Shown piece by piece: positions 56,553 to 64,000 of a stretch of 64,000 nucleotides of DNA (the first letter of the stretch is position 1; each line of letters starts with the position of its first letter). The stretch covers positions 49,407 through 113,406 of the IMG/VR virus record IMGVR_UViG_3300021961_000038, one strand, 5' to 3'. The notes beneath the pieces are model-generated. The model was not told the DNA's origin and made no database searches. It was given only the letters and a program-made list of their open reading frames with translations. Source of the stretch: a virus. Both the position numbers and the translations under genes were made by a program.

Positions 56553-57283
56553 TTTTTAGTAGTTTCTAATTCTTTTAAGAATGAAGCAAATTCTGATTTA
56601 AGAGTATCTTCTGTTTTTAACTCTTTCTTTGTTTTTGCTATAATTTTTTCAGCCGGTGAAAGTTCTTTTGCTGGACCTTTGATTGTAAAAGAATCTCTAT
56701 TAGCATTGTATTCTACTTCTTTACCAGTAGCCATTTTATATAATTGTTGTACTAATGGAATCATATCCGGATTTTTTGTTGTTTTCCATAATAGATCATC
56801 CATTGCACTTTGCATAACATGATTAAATTGTGGCCTTTTAACTACAAGATCACCTTCTTGCATTTGTAAACTTTCATTAAGTTTTTCCTTCCAAGGAGCA
56901 GGGTTTAATGTTTCAAAAAGTTTATTAAGTTTGTCTTCCATACTTGTTATTCTATCTAATACATTATCCCAACCAGGTTGCGTAGTGTTGGCATTAGGAT
57001 TTGCTGGTGTTGGTCTTGGTTTTGGATTTTCACTATACATAGAAACAGATGGTGTAGATCGTTTTACTCCGGCAAGTGTAGCAAAATCATTTGCACTAGT
57101 ATCACTTACTCCAGGAATAAATTTATTTCCAATACTTTCATTAACTTGTTTTGCATGAGACGATGGACTTACTTCTGTGCTTTCTTGTTTTTTAGGAGCA
57201 CCTACTGGACCGTCAACTGTTAATCCTTTGTTAACTATTCCTAAATTATTAAACTTATTAAGAATGTTATGTAAATCTGCCAT
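56549..57283 (-). CDS. hypothetical protein, probably head-associated
   Basis: 244 aa; multiple (L/V)NE sites and low-complexity linkers. Confidence 0.55.
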   Translation of the reverse strand: MADLHNILNKFNNLGIVNKGLTVDGPVGAPKKQESTEVSPSSHAKQVNESIGNKFIPGVSDTSANDFATLAGVKRSTPSVSMYSENPKPRPTPANPNANTTQPGWDNVLDRITSMEDKLNKLFETLNPAPWKEKLNESLQMQEGDLVVKRPQFNHVMQSAMDDLLWKTTKNPDMIPLVQQLYKMATGKEVEYNANRDSFTIKGPAKELSPAEKIIAKTKKELKTEDTLKSEFASFLKELETTKK

Positions 57284-57285
57284 AA

Positions 57286-57750
57286 TTATTTTCCTGTTTT
57301 TTCTAAACGATGTAATCTTTTAATCAACTCTTTCTTTAGTTCTGGATCTTTATCTGTGTTAGGATTCATCTGAATATCCAGTAATGCTTTTTTCTTTGCT
57401 TCGTAATCTGTCATTTTTTGTAATTTATCTGTAAGTGTTTCGAAGTAACCATCTTTCATATCTCTCATGCTCATCATACGTTTGCGTTCTGCTTCTTGCT
57501 GACGCTCACCTTCCATGTATGCATGAAGTGTTTTTAATTGTTCGTGTACACCACTAAATTTGTTTTGGAACCACTCTGGAAATACACCACCTTTGTGTAC
57601 GTGATCTTTAATTTCGTCAGCGGCATATTTGATAAAAGCAATTTGATTGTCTAGCATTTCTGCTTCATAACTTGATGCTGGTTCATCATAATCTTCTTCG
57701 TTAATATCTGATTCAAAAACTTTCTTTAATATATCTTCTTTTTCCATCAT
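57286..57750 (-). CDS. hypothetical protein, probably head-associated
   Basis: 154 aa; YEAEMLDNQI...PEWFQNK helical module. Confidence 0.55.
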   Translation of the reverse strand: MMEKEDILKKVFESDINEEDYDEPASSYEAEMLDNQIAFIKYAADEIKDHVHKGGVFPEWFQNKFSGVHEQLKTLHAYMEGERQQEAERKRMMSMRDMKDGYFETLTDKLQKMTDYEAKKKALLDIQMNPNTDKDPELKKELIKRLHRLEKTGK

Positions 57751-57758
57751 TAATACTC

Positions 57759-57998
57759 CTAACGTTTTAACACACCACCAAATAGCGATGTCCCTTTCAT
57801 ATCTAAAGCATTGTCTGTTGGTTTTTGCATTTTTGCTTTAGGTGGTTTAGCAGGCATACCTTTTTTACCATAGGCATTACGTGCTCTTTTATCTCCAATA
57901 GCAATGTGAGGTGATACTACTGTTGCTATATTACCAGAACTTGTAGAACCTGCTGTTGCATCTTCACTCAAATCAACGATAAATTCTTTTATCTTCAT
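57759..57998 (-). CDS. small probable capsid-internal protein
   Basis: MKIKEFIVDLSE|DATAGSTSSGNIA; the N-terminus resembles the T4 capsid-targeting sequence. Confidence 0.55.
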   Translation of the reverse strand: MKIKEFIVDLSEDATAGSTSSGNIATVVSPHIAIGDKRARNAYGKKGMPAKPPKAKMQKPTDNALDMKGTSLFGGVLKR

Positions 57999-58756
57999 TT
58001 TTTCTTTCCTCTACGCATATTTAGTTGCCATTGGGCCATGCGTCGACGTTCTCCGGAACTAGATTTTGCTATCTTTTCTAGTTGCCCTAAGGTTGCATTT
58101 TTAGGTATTCCAACACGTTTGCTTAGTCCTTTGCGTCCTGGGTTCTTGCCATCAGCAAAGTTTTCTTTACTGATAATTTTGTCCAGTTCTTTTTCATAGG
58201 ATTCTAACCAAGTTTCTTTTTTCGGCTCTTCTTCAACATCTCCCTTGAAGAATCTGTCCAAACCCATTTTAACAGTTTCTAATGAATCTTCGTCTGCTTG
58301 ATACTTAATACCGTAACCACCAGCCGCGATCCAGCCACGTATGTTTTGACCCCTATCGTCTATGAGAATGTTCGGGGTACCGTCCGGTTGGGTCGCCCAC
58401 TTAGGTTTATTACCTGTGATAATAATATCCTTAGGTAGTGGGTTGAGATGCTTTGATATCCAACTTCTTTTATGTTTTTCAGAATTTGAACCATCACCGC
58501 GTAACGGACTTGAACAAATATTATAATGATCCACATAACTTAAAACTAACTTTAATAGTTGCGGAACATTAGGAAACATAGGTAATCTTGAAAAGAAATC
58601 AGTTCCAATCATTTTATCTAATGTTGGATCAATTTTAGCAGGCGGAATATCTCTATAAGATCCAGTAGGTACTCCTGCCATCTTAGCATATTCAGAAAAG
58701 AAATCTGCAAGTACACCGTCCATATCTAAATAAATTTCTGTTTTCTTTTTATCCAT
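57995..58756 (-). CDS. 5'(3')-deoxyribonucleotidase-like HAD enzyme with an appended basic C-terminal module
   Basis: YLDMDGVLADF, ICSSP, K..W, ILIDD; tail ENFADGKNPGRKG...QLNMRRGKKK. Confidence 0.8.
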   Translation of the reverse strand: MDKKKTEIYLDMDGVLADFFSEYAKMAGVPTGSYRDIPPAKIDPTLDKMIGTDFFSRLPMFPNVPQLLKLVLSYVDHYNICSSPLRGDGSNSEKHKRSWISKHLNPLPKDIIITGNKPKWATQPDGTPNILIDDRGQNIRGWIAAGGYGIKYQADEDSLETVKMGLDRFFKGDVEEEPKKETWLESYEKELDKIISKENFADGKNPGRKGLSKRVGIPKNATLGQLEKIAKSSSGERRRMAQWQLNMRRGKKK

Positions 58757-58971
58757 TATTTTGTTCTACCTCTAAAACCTTTAAAGCCACCTTGCATATA
58801 TGGACGTCTAAACCATAATTCAAACCATTCTTTGTCACCAGGCTTAATACCTAACTTACGTTCTTTATCTTTTAACTCTTGAGCAGTATGCGACATATTT
58901 TCTAACGATTGTTCGTTATCATTTCTAACTACATTTACTCCTGCTAATTTTTTTAATTCATCTAAAGTCAT
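58756..58971 (-). CDS. small hypothetical protein
   Basis: LDELKKLAGV...GIKPGDKEWFELWF; coupled on both sides. Confidence 0.6.
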   Translation of the reverse strand: MTLDELKKLAGVNVVRNDNEQSLENMSHTAQELKDKERKLGIKPGDKEWFELWFRRPYMQGGFKGFRGRTK

Positions 58972-59849
58972 CGATATTTTTTAGGTTTACCCTTGCCCAG
59001 TTTTAATTTTTTAACATTCATGTATTCACCACCAACAGGTACATCTTTTGTTGCATTCTGTTTTGTAACTATGCCAACACCAGCGGCTTCTTCTTTTTTA
59101 AACTTATTTGTGAATGCATCTTTATCGCCTTTGGCCGCCGCGGCTCTTCTTGCTTTAACTTTATCTGCAACACTTAATTCTTGTGGTAGAGATTTCTTTT
59201 TAATTGTTGTGCGTGGTACATTACGTGTAGCAAAACCAAAAACTTCAGTTACTTCTAAACCCATGCCTGCTCTTACTCTATTGTACATTTGTTTTGCAAG
59301 GGTATCATTACCTGGAACTCCAGACTTAAATGATCCAAAGTCTCCATTGACTGCAAAACTTCTAAGTTTACTAGCACTCATACCAGCAACACCTTCGTCA
59401 TCAGGATCACGTTCTCCACTGCTTACAACTTTCATGTTTGCAAACTTAAATGGAACTTCTCCTTTTTGATCAGGCTTTCCGTTATACTTGTCCATTAAAT
59501 CTTGATATTGTTGTACCCTGTCACTGCCAGCAACAAGAATTACATTATCATATCCTAATCCTTGTAGATGTTGAAACATCTGAATAATTGTTTTTACACT
59601 AGTGTTTCTATCAACCTTAATACTAAACATCTGTTCAGCAAAATGAACTTTTTCTGCGAATGATAAAGGATCTGTTTTAGGCTTTTGTGATTTGCTTAAA
59701 AATAAAATAGGATCGCCTAAAAACTTTTGTGCGTACTGCTTTACAGTATCAACTACTTTTTGATGACCAATAGTCGGAGGATTCATTCTTCCCCAAGTAA
59801 CAACTGCTGTTTTGTTAGGTGCTTCTGTAAGAAATTCTGTTATTTTCAT
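58968..59849 (-). CDS. cytidylyltransferase-like (HxGH nucleotidyltransferase) protein
   Basis: TWGRMNPPTIGH, VAGSDR, GERDPD..GVAGMSASKLR. Confidence 0.82.
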   Translation of the reverse strand: MKITEFLTEAPNKTAVVTWGRMNPPTIGHQKVVDTVKQYAQKFLGDPILFLSKSQKPKTDPLSFAEKVHFAEQMFSIKVDRNTSVKTIIQMFQHLQGLGYDNVILVAGSDRVQQYQDLMDKYNGKPDQKGEVPFKFANMKVVSSGERDPDDEGVAGMSASKLRSFAVNGDFGSFKSGVPGNDTLAKQMYNRVRAGMGLEVTEVFGFATRNVPRTTIKKKSLPQELSVADKVKARRAAAAKGDKDAFTNKFKKEEAAGVGIVTKQNATKDVPVGGEYMNVKKLKLGKGKPKKYR

Positions 59850-60202
59850 TACGCCTCCTTAGGATCGTAATGCCCATCAACTATATATGGAAGATGCTTT
59901 TTTGCTAATTTTTCTTGTATAGAATCACGAACTTCTTTTGAAAACATTTCTTTTGGATCTCCTGTTAATTTAAACTTGTTATAGTATAAATCACAGCCTT
60001 TGTCAACCATATCTTTAAAGAAAGGTTTGATTTCCTTTACTTCGTCTTTATTTTCTTTAGCAATACGTTTAAGTTTATCAACTATTGGTAAAAAACATTC
60101 TTTGTGTAAAGTATCGTCGTGGTCAATAAAAAATACTACATCATCAGATAGATCTGTATTTTTTTCTTCTTGTTTGGGACTGAAAAGTTCTTTTAATAAC
60201 AT
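59849..60202 (-). CDS. hypothetical protein
   Basis: 117 aa with an MLLKELF start. Confidence 0.6.
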   Translation of the reverse strand: MLLKELFSPKQEEKNTDLSDDVVFFIDHDDTLHKECFLPIVDKLKRIAKENKDEVKEIKPFFKDMVDKGCDLYYNKFKLTGDPKEMFSKEVRDSIQEKLAKKHLPYIVDGHYDPKEA

Positions 60203-60211
60203 CGTTGATCA

Positions 60212-61918
60212 TTACCACTTTTTGCATGACCAATAACGTGCTTTAGTTTTTGGTCCTGGACTATCGCAGTTGTGTCTTGCACGGAAACTTTTTCTACGTG
60301 CAGGAATACTACGTTTAATTTTCATATCAGGATCGCCAAAGTTTACTTTGACAACGTTTCCTTTTGGATTTTTTACATATACCTTAAACTTTTTAACATC
60401 ACCACGCATTGGTTTGTTTAGTTTAACTGAACGTCCTTGGTATTCTGCTTCTTCAATACTTTCGTCGTCATAACCGACCCAACCAAATGTTTCATAAAAC
60501 TCATCACCGTTTAGTGTAACATCAATCATGTCTTGAAACCAATCTTCTTGTTCAACTGACTCTTCTTCTTTAACTTTTTTCTTTTTCTTAGGAGCGTGAC
60601 TGTGTTCAACAACAACACACTCTTTCATGTTAGCAACAGGAATGTTTCTAACAATAAACTGTGAACCATCTTCTCTTACAAATTTAGCATCATAGTGTGT
60701 AACTGTTCCGTCTTCACTTAATGTGTGTTCTCCGTGTAGTACTTCACCTTCACCGAACTTATCATGCTTAAATGATTTAGTGCAAGGATGATAAATGTTA
60801 TCACCTTCTGTAACTTCGGAATGATATTTTTCAAAAATGCTTTCAATTAAATCGTAATCAACAACTTCGTCAAACTGAACACTTTCATTGTGAATGTCAT
60901 TTGTCTGCATCTGCTGTTGGCCTGCTTTTGCTTCGGCTTTTTTTAACAGTCTAATAAATTCTGTTGATAGTTGAGGATCATTTAGAATTTTTTGAATAGG
61001 ACCTAAAATTGATTGTAACCCTTGGGCACCCATACCTTGTGCTGTGCCTTTGGTCATTAACGCATTAAGACCAGTAATCATTCTGCTAGTTTGATTACCC
61101 ATTTTCATTTGACCAGCAACACGTCTTAGTCCTTGTACACCTTTTTGTGTCATCTTACCAATTGCTTTAGCACCAGCAACTGCACCTCTTCCAACTGCTT
61201 GAGCACCTTTAACGGCGGCACCGCCAACTGCTTTAGCACCTGCGGCAACTCCTCTACCAATACCACTTGCAACAGCACCGATTGGAATTTCGTCTAGTTG
61301 TTCATCGTCATTGACACTATCTTCTTTTGGTACGCAATTAGGAACTTCTTTTCCGCCCTTCTTTTTCATACCAACCATTTCGTATCCAGACCAACAAGGA
61401 TCCTTCTTACCTGATTTTAATTTTCCTGCTTCTGTTTGAACATCTTCAAATTCATCTTCACCGTCGTTGTCGTCATATTTGCTTTGATCTGGATCTTTTT
61501 CTAAAGGCATATCTTTAAGTGCCTTTTTCATAACAGCCATAATAAATGTTGATTCGTCTTTGGTGATTGGATTCTTTCCAGCAATCTTATCACTGATGGA
61601 ATTCATTAGATTACTAATTTCAATTTGAGTATCATCTGTTGGTTTAATACGTGCCGCGATATCACCCATTAAACGCCCTGGTGATTGTTTTATTTCTGCA
61701 TTGAATAACTCTGCTTTAATTTTTGGATCGCTAAGATCCTTGTCAGCAAATGCAGGGTTATTTGCACTGCTGTATTTTATCATTGTAGCAGAAGGTGGTG
61801 AAAAAACTATTTTGTCTACTGCTGGCATTACGTCTTGTATAGTTAGACGCTGTGGTTCTTTATCTTTTGCCTCGTGTGCAAAAGAATCTAATGTGTTAAT
61901 TAAATCGCGAAAATCCAT
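60212..61918 (-). CDS. modular probable capsid-internal polyprotein
   Basis: Start reassigned to MDFRDL (AAGGAG Shine-Dalgarno, TAAATA at 61939-61944). Modules: CWSGY..VPNCV, an Ala/Gly-rich helix, and C-terminal AEYQGR..RARHNC..ARYWSC. Confidence 0.6.
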   Translation of the reverse strand: MDFRDLINTLDSFAHEAKDKEPQRLTIQDVMPAVDKIVFSPPSATMIKYSSANNPAFADKDLSDPKIKAELFNAEIKQSPGRLMGDIAARIKPTDDTQIEISNLMNSISDKIAGKNPITKDESTFIMAVMKKALKDMPLEKDPDQSKYDDNDGEDEFEDVQTEAGKLKSGKKDPCWSGYEMVGMKKKGGKEVPNCVPKEDSVNDDEQLDEIPIGAVASGIGRGVAAGAKAVGGAAVKGAQAVGRGAVAGAKAIGKMTQKGVQGLRRVAGQMKMGNQTSRMITGLNALMTKGTAQGMGAQGLQSILGPIQKILNDPQLSTEFIRLLKKAEAKAGQQQMQTNDIHNESVQFDEVVDYDLIESIFEKYHSEVTEGDNIYHPCTKSFKHDKFGEGEVLHGEHTLSEDGTVTHYDAKFVREDGSQFIVRNIPVANMKECVVVEHSHAPKKKKKVKEEESVEQEDWFQDMIDVTLNGDEFYETFGWVGYDDESIEEAEYQGRSVKLNKPMRGDVKKFKVYVKNPKGNVVKVNFGDPDMKIKRSIPARRKSFRARHNCDSPGPKTKARYWSCKKW

Positions 61919-61958
61919 AATAATACTCTCCTTATGAGTATTTATTATAGAATGAGTA

Positions 61959-62192
61959 TTAGCGACCTTGTTTGATAACGGTAATATCCGGTGATTTGGC
62001 TGTAAACTCAAGGCCAGCCATCGAACCAGCGTATATTTTACCTGTATAAACCAACTTTAAACGCACTGTATTAAGGATGATGTCCATATACTTGCCTTCG
62101 ACATAACGATCAAGATATGCCTCTGATGTTTTTCCGTTATCTGTACAAGTTACTGTAATTTTTTCTGGTATGCTAGTTGTGTACTGTCCCAT
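61959..62192 (-). CDS. small hypothetical beta protein
   Basis: 77 aa with an AAGGA Shine-Dalgarno. Confidence 0.6.
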   Translation of the reverse strand: MGQYTTSIPEKITVTCTDNGKTSEAYLDRYVEGKYMDIILNTVRLKLVYTGKIYAGSMAGLEFTAKSPDITVIKQGR

Positions 62193-62212
62193 TTCGAGTC
62201 CTTTAAGAAGTG

Positions 62213-62234
62213 ATAAGGCCCCGTAGGGCCTTAT
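62213..62234 (-). terminator. cUACGg hairpin
   Basis: Perfect 9-bp stem: ataaggccc-cgta-gggccttat. Confidence 0.7.
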
Positions 62235-62249
62235 ACACAGTTTGGTTAA

Positions 62250-62507
62250 TTAGGCTACTTGTGAAGCAAGTGCTTTGTAACCTGCCGCAATTACTTTACG
62301 GCTTGCAGTACCTAAACGATACTTGTTGTACACACGACCCTTTGAGTCAGTCACTGTGTTCAAATAGATTGGAAATCCATTAAAACGTAGTGCTTGAATT
62401 ACTGCCGCAGGATTGCCAGCACCGAAACGTGCTTTGATCTGCTTTGCAGTTAGTTCTTGACCGTTTTGAAGAGCGGTTAGTACTTTTGATTGAATTGTGT
62501 TTGTCAT
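62250..62507 (-). CDS. winged-helix DNA-binding-like protein
   Basis: KVLTALQNGQELTAKQIKARFG..NP.AVIQALR..GFPIY...YRLG. Confidence 0.7.
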   Translation of the reverse strand: MTNTIQSKVLTALQNGQELTAKQIKARFGAGNPAAVIQALRFNGFPIYLNTVTDSKGRVYNKYRLGTASRKVIAAGYKALASQVA

Positions 62508-62556
62508 TTTTTTCTCCGATTAAAAATAAATGCTTTTTATTAAGCATCACAATATT

Positions 62557-62585
62557 ATAGTAACAAATTTTAGATATATTGTCAA
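62557..62585 (-). promoter_or_regulatory. sigma70-type promoter of the wHTH gene
   Basis: TTGACA-17nt-TACTAT with TGn extension. Confidence 0.65.
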
Positions 62586-62609
62586 GTGTTACTCTTGACT
62601 AATGTTACC

Positions 62610-62631
62610 AAAAAGGCCCCGAAGGGCCTTT
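62610..62631 (-). terminator. intrinsic terminator with a cUUCGg loop
   Basis: Minus strand aaaggccc-TTCG-gggccttttt. Confidence 0.8.
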
Positions 62632-62645
62632 AAGGTTACTCAAAA

Positions 62646-62960
62646 CTATGCAACGTTTTCGTTGATAACAGTTTTGTTAGTTGTAGATAAAAGACCAATT
62701 AATTGCTCTTTTAGTGCTAATGAAGATTGTAAAGTTCCAGTTCCTAAAACTCTTACATTGAAATCATAACCAGCATCAATTAATTTTCTTGTTGCTGTAG
62801 ATCTTTTCATTTTTAAGTTTGCGAATTTAATCGCACCGCCATTAACTGTACCTTTTACGATATAGTCAGTTGCAGGTTCTACGAATACACCAATTTTTGA
62901 ATTTACATTACCTTTAGTAAATTCTCTAGTGTATGTAACATATTGCTTTGTTCTAGCCAT
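62646..62960 (-). CDS. hypothetical basic protein
   Basis: Start reassigned to MARTKQ (AAGGAG Shine-Dalgarno); has its own promoter and terminator. Confidence 0.65.
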   Translation of the reverse strand: MARTKQYVTYTREFTKGNVNSKIGVFVEPATDYIVKGTVNGGAIKFANLKMKRSTATRKLIDAGYDFNVRVLGTGTLQSSLALKEQLIGLLSTTNKTVINENVA

Positions 62961-63075
62961 ATGGGTTTTCTCCTTGTTATTGTTATTAAAAAACTTTAAG
63001 ATTTTTTTAAACATAGTAAGTATACTATACACTAGATAATTGTAAAAAGCAACACTATTTTTTACCAAAAAGAGG

Positions 63076-63104
63076 TTGACAACTACACACTTTGGTGCTA
63101 TTAT
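63076..63104 (+). promoter_or_regulatory. sigma70-type promoter
   Basis: TTGACA-17nt-TATTAT with TGn extension. Confidence 0.75.
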
Positions 63105-63131
63105 ATAAACATACTTAGATATGAGGGTATC

Positions 63132-63773
63132 ATGAACAAATTTGAAATCACAGTTAATCAGGCACTTAATCTTGCTGTTCAGGCATATCACCAGAATGAT
63201 GGAAAATATGTCAAGTATGATTTTGGAGATAAAAAAGCAAACAAAACAATTATGTTAGAATTGTTACAGTCGGACAGTCCTTATAATGCTGATTATGAAA
63301 AAACTGTTGAAGATATCATAGACAGTCAAAAGTCTTTGATCTTTTCTGTGCTGAGTGGTACTGCTAACTCTTATCAAACAAGTATGTATTCTGTTTTGGG
63401 TAAAGAAATTATAACTCGAAAAGAAATAGGGTTTATAGCCCCTCTTCCAAAAATGTTTTTTGAAGATCAACGAAGGCAACAGTTTTCTTCAAGCCTATCT
63501 AACAGTCAACATCTAAGTCAACTTGGAAAGCCTGTTGAAGGATCTGCTTTTTTATACGACAGTCGTTACATTGAAAGCAGGGGGTTTTTTGTTTACACAT
63601 TTAATATGGATGGTAATCTAATAACACACTTCAGCAATAAAAGTCCTGATGAGTTTAATTTAATTGTTGGTAAAACTTATAAGATTAAAGCCAAGATTAA
63701 GAAGCATGGCGTTAGCAAGTTTTATGGTGATGTTTTAGATAATGTTGTAAACTACTTAAAAGTTAGCGAATAG
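63132..63773 (+). CDS. hypothetical protein with a possible C-terminal OB fold
   Basis: GAGGG Shine-Dalgarno; C-terminal FFVYTF..DGNLITHF...VGKTYKIKAKIKKH...NVVNYLKV. Confidence 0.6.
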   Translation: MNKFEITVNQALNLAVQAYHQNDGKYVKYDFGDKKANKTIMLELLQSDSPYNADYEKTVEDIIDSQKSLIFSVLSGTANSYQTSMYSVLGKEIITRKEIGFIAPLPKMFFEDQRRQQFSSSLSNSQHLSQLGKPVEGSAFLYDSRYIESRGFFVYTFNMDGNLITHFSNKSPDEFNLIVGKTYKIKAKIKKHGVSKFYGDVLDNVVNYLKVSE

Positions 63774-63975
63774 TTTTTCCGTCGCCGCTTACTTCAATTT
63801 CGTAATCGCCAACAACTGCTTTAGAAATCTTTTCAACCATTGCATCAGCATCTTGGTTGGAAAGATCCTTGTTTAGTGCAACTTCGTAGACATACTGTCC
63901 GTTAGTTGTTTCATAACTCTCAAAAATAACTGATTGTTCTGATTCCATTAAATGAGTACTAATGGTGCTTTCCAT
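63763..63975 (-). CDS. hypothetical acidic protein (may extend beyond the window)
   Basis: ORF at the window edge; the frame stays open upstream of the annotated ATG. Confidence 0.45.
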   Translation of the reverse strand: MESTISTHLMESEQSVIFESYETTNGQYVYEVALNKDLSNQDADAMVEKISKAVVGDYEIEVSGDGKTIR

Positions 63976-64000
63976 AGCACCTGCGAATGTTTTAATAAAA

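Noticed and set aside
58993-59469. 158-aa plus-strand ORF, and the other short antisense ORFs in the track
   Set aside because: Antisense to well-supported genes, with no Shine-Dalgarno or motifs; expected from codon bias.
1-64000. Alternative genetic code (stop-codon reassignment)
   Set aside because: Standard-code ORFs tile the window densely, and TAA, TAG and TGA all end well-supported genes.

Overview
64 kb segment of a large, AT-rich, T4-related (myovirus-type) bacteriophage genome, with no sign of cellular DNA. The + strand (1-27.8 kb) is a virion module: the end of a probable baseplate hub gene, gp25, gp6, a 4638-aa baseplate wedge protein (cupredoxin-like, CBM-like, FG-GAP propeller and YHYH inserts) and four paralogous tail-fibre genes. 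The - strand (27.9-63 kb) carries nucleotide metabolism (dCMP deaminase, ThyX, PRTase, HIT, HAD enzymes), a MoxR AAA/VWA pair split by three nuclease-like genes, RNase H, PolB plus sliding clamp, and a cluster of probable capsid-internal proteins. The best candidate for an undescribed system lies directly downstream of polB/clamp. It is a 7-deazaguanine DNA-modification locus: a Zn-less TGT/DpdA transglycosylase, a DpdL-type T-fold protein (LxxxHRHxF), FolE and an atypical QueE, with no QueC or canonical QueD in the window. The locus also contains a GT-B glycosyltransferase and a 2OG-Fe(II) oxygenase, which suggests a sugar-hypermodified deazaguanine base, and an MBD4-like DNA glycosylase and a purine PRTase lie nearby. 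Non-coding signals include many sigma70 promoters, a TAAATA-N5-ATG late-promoter pattern implying leaderless mRNAs, and tandem covarying hairpins in the polB leader. All calls come from motif recognition by eye; no database searches were run.
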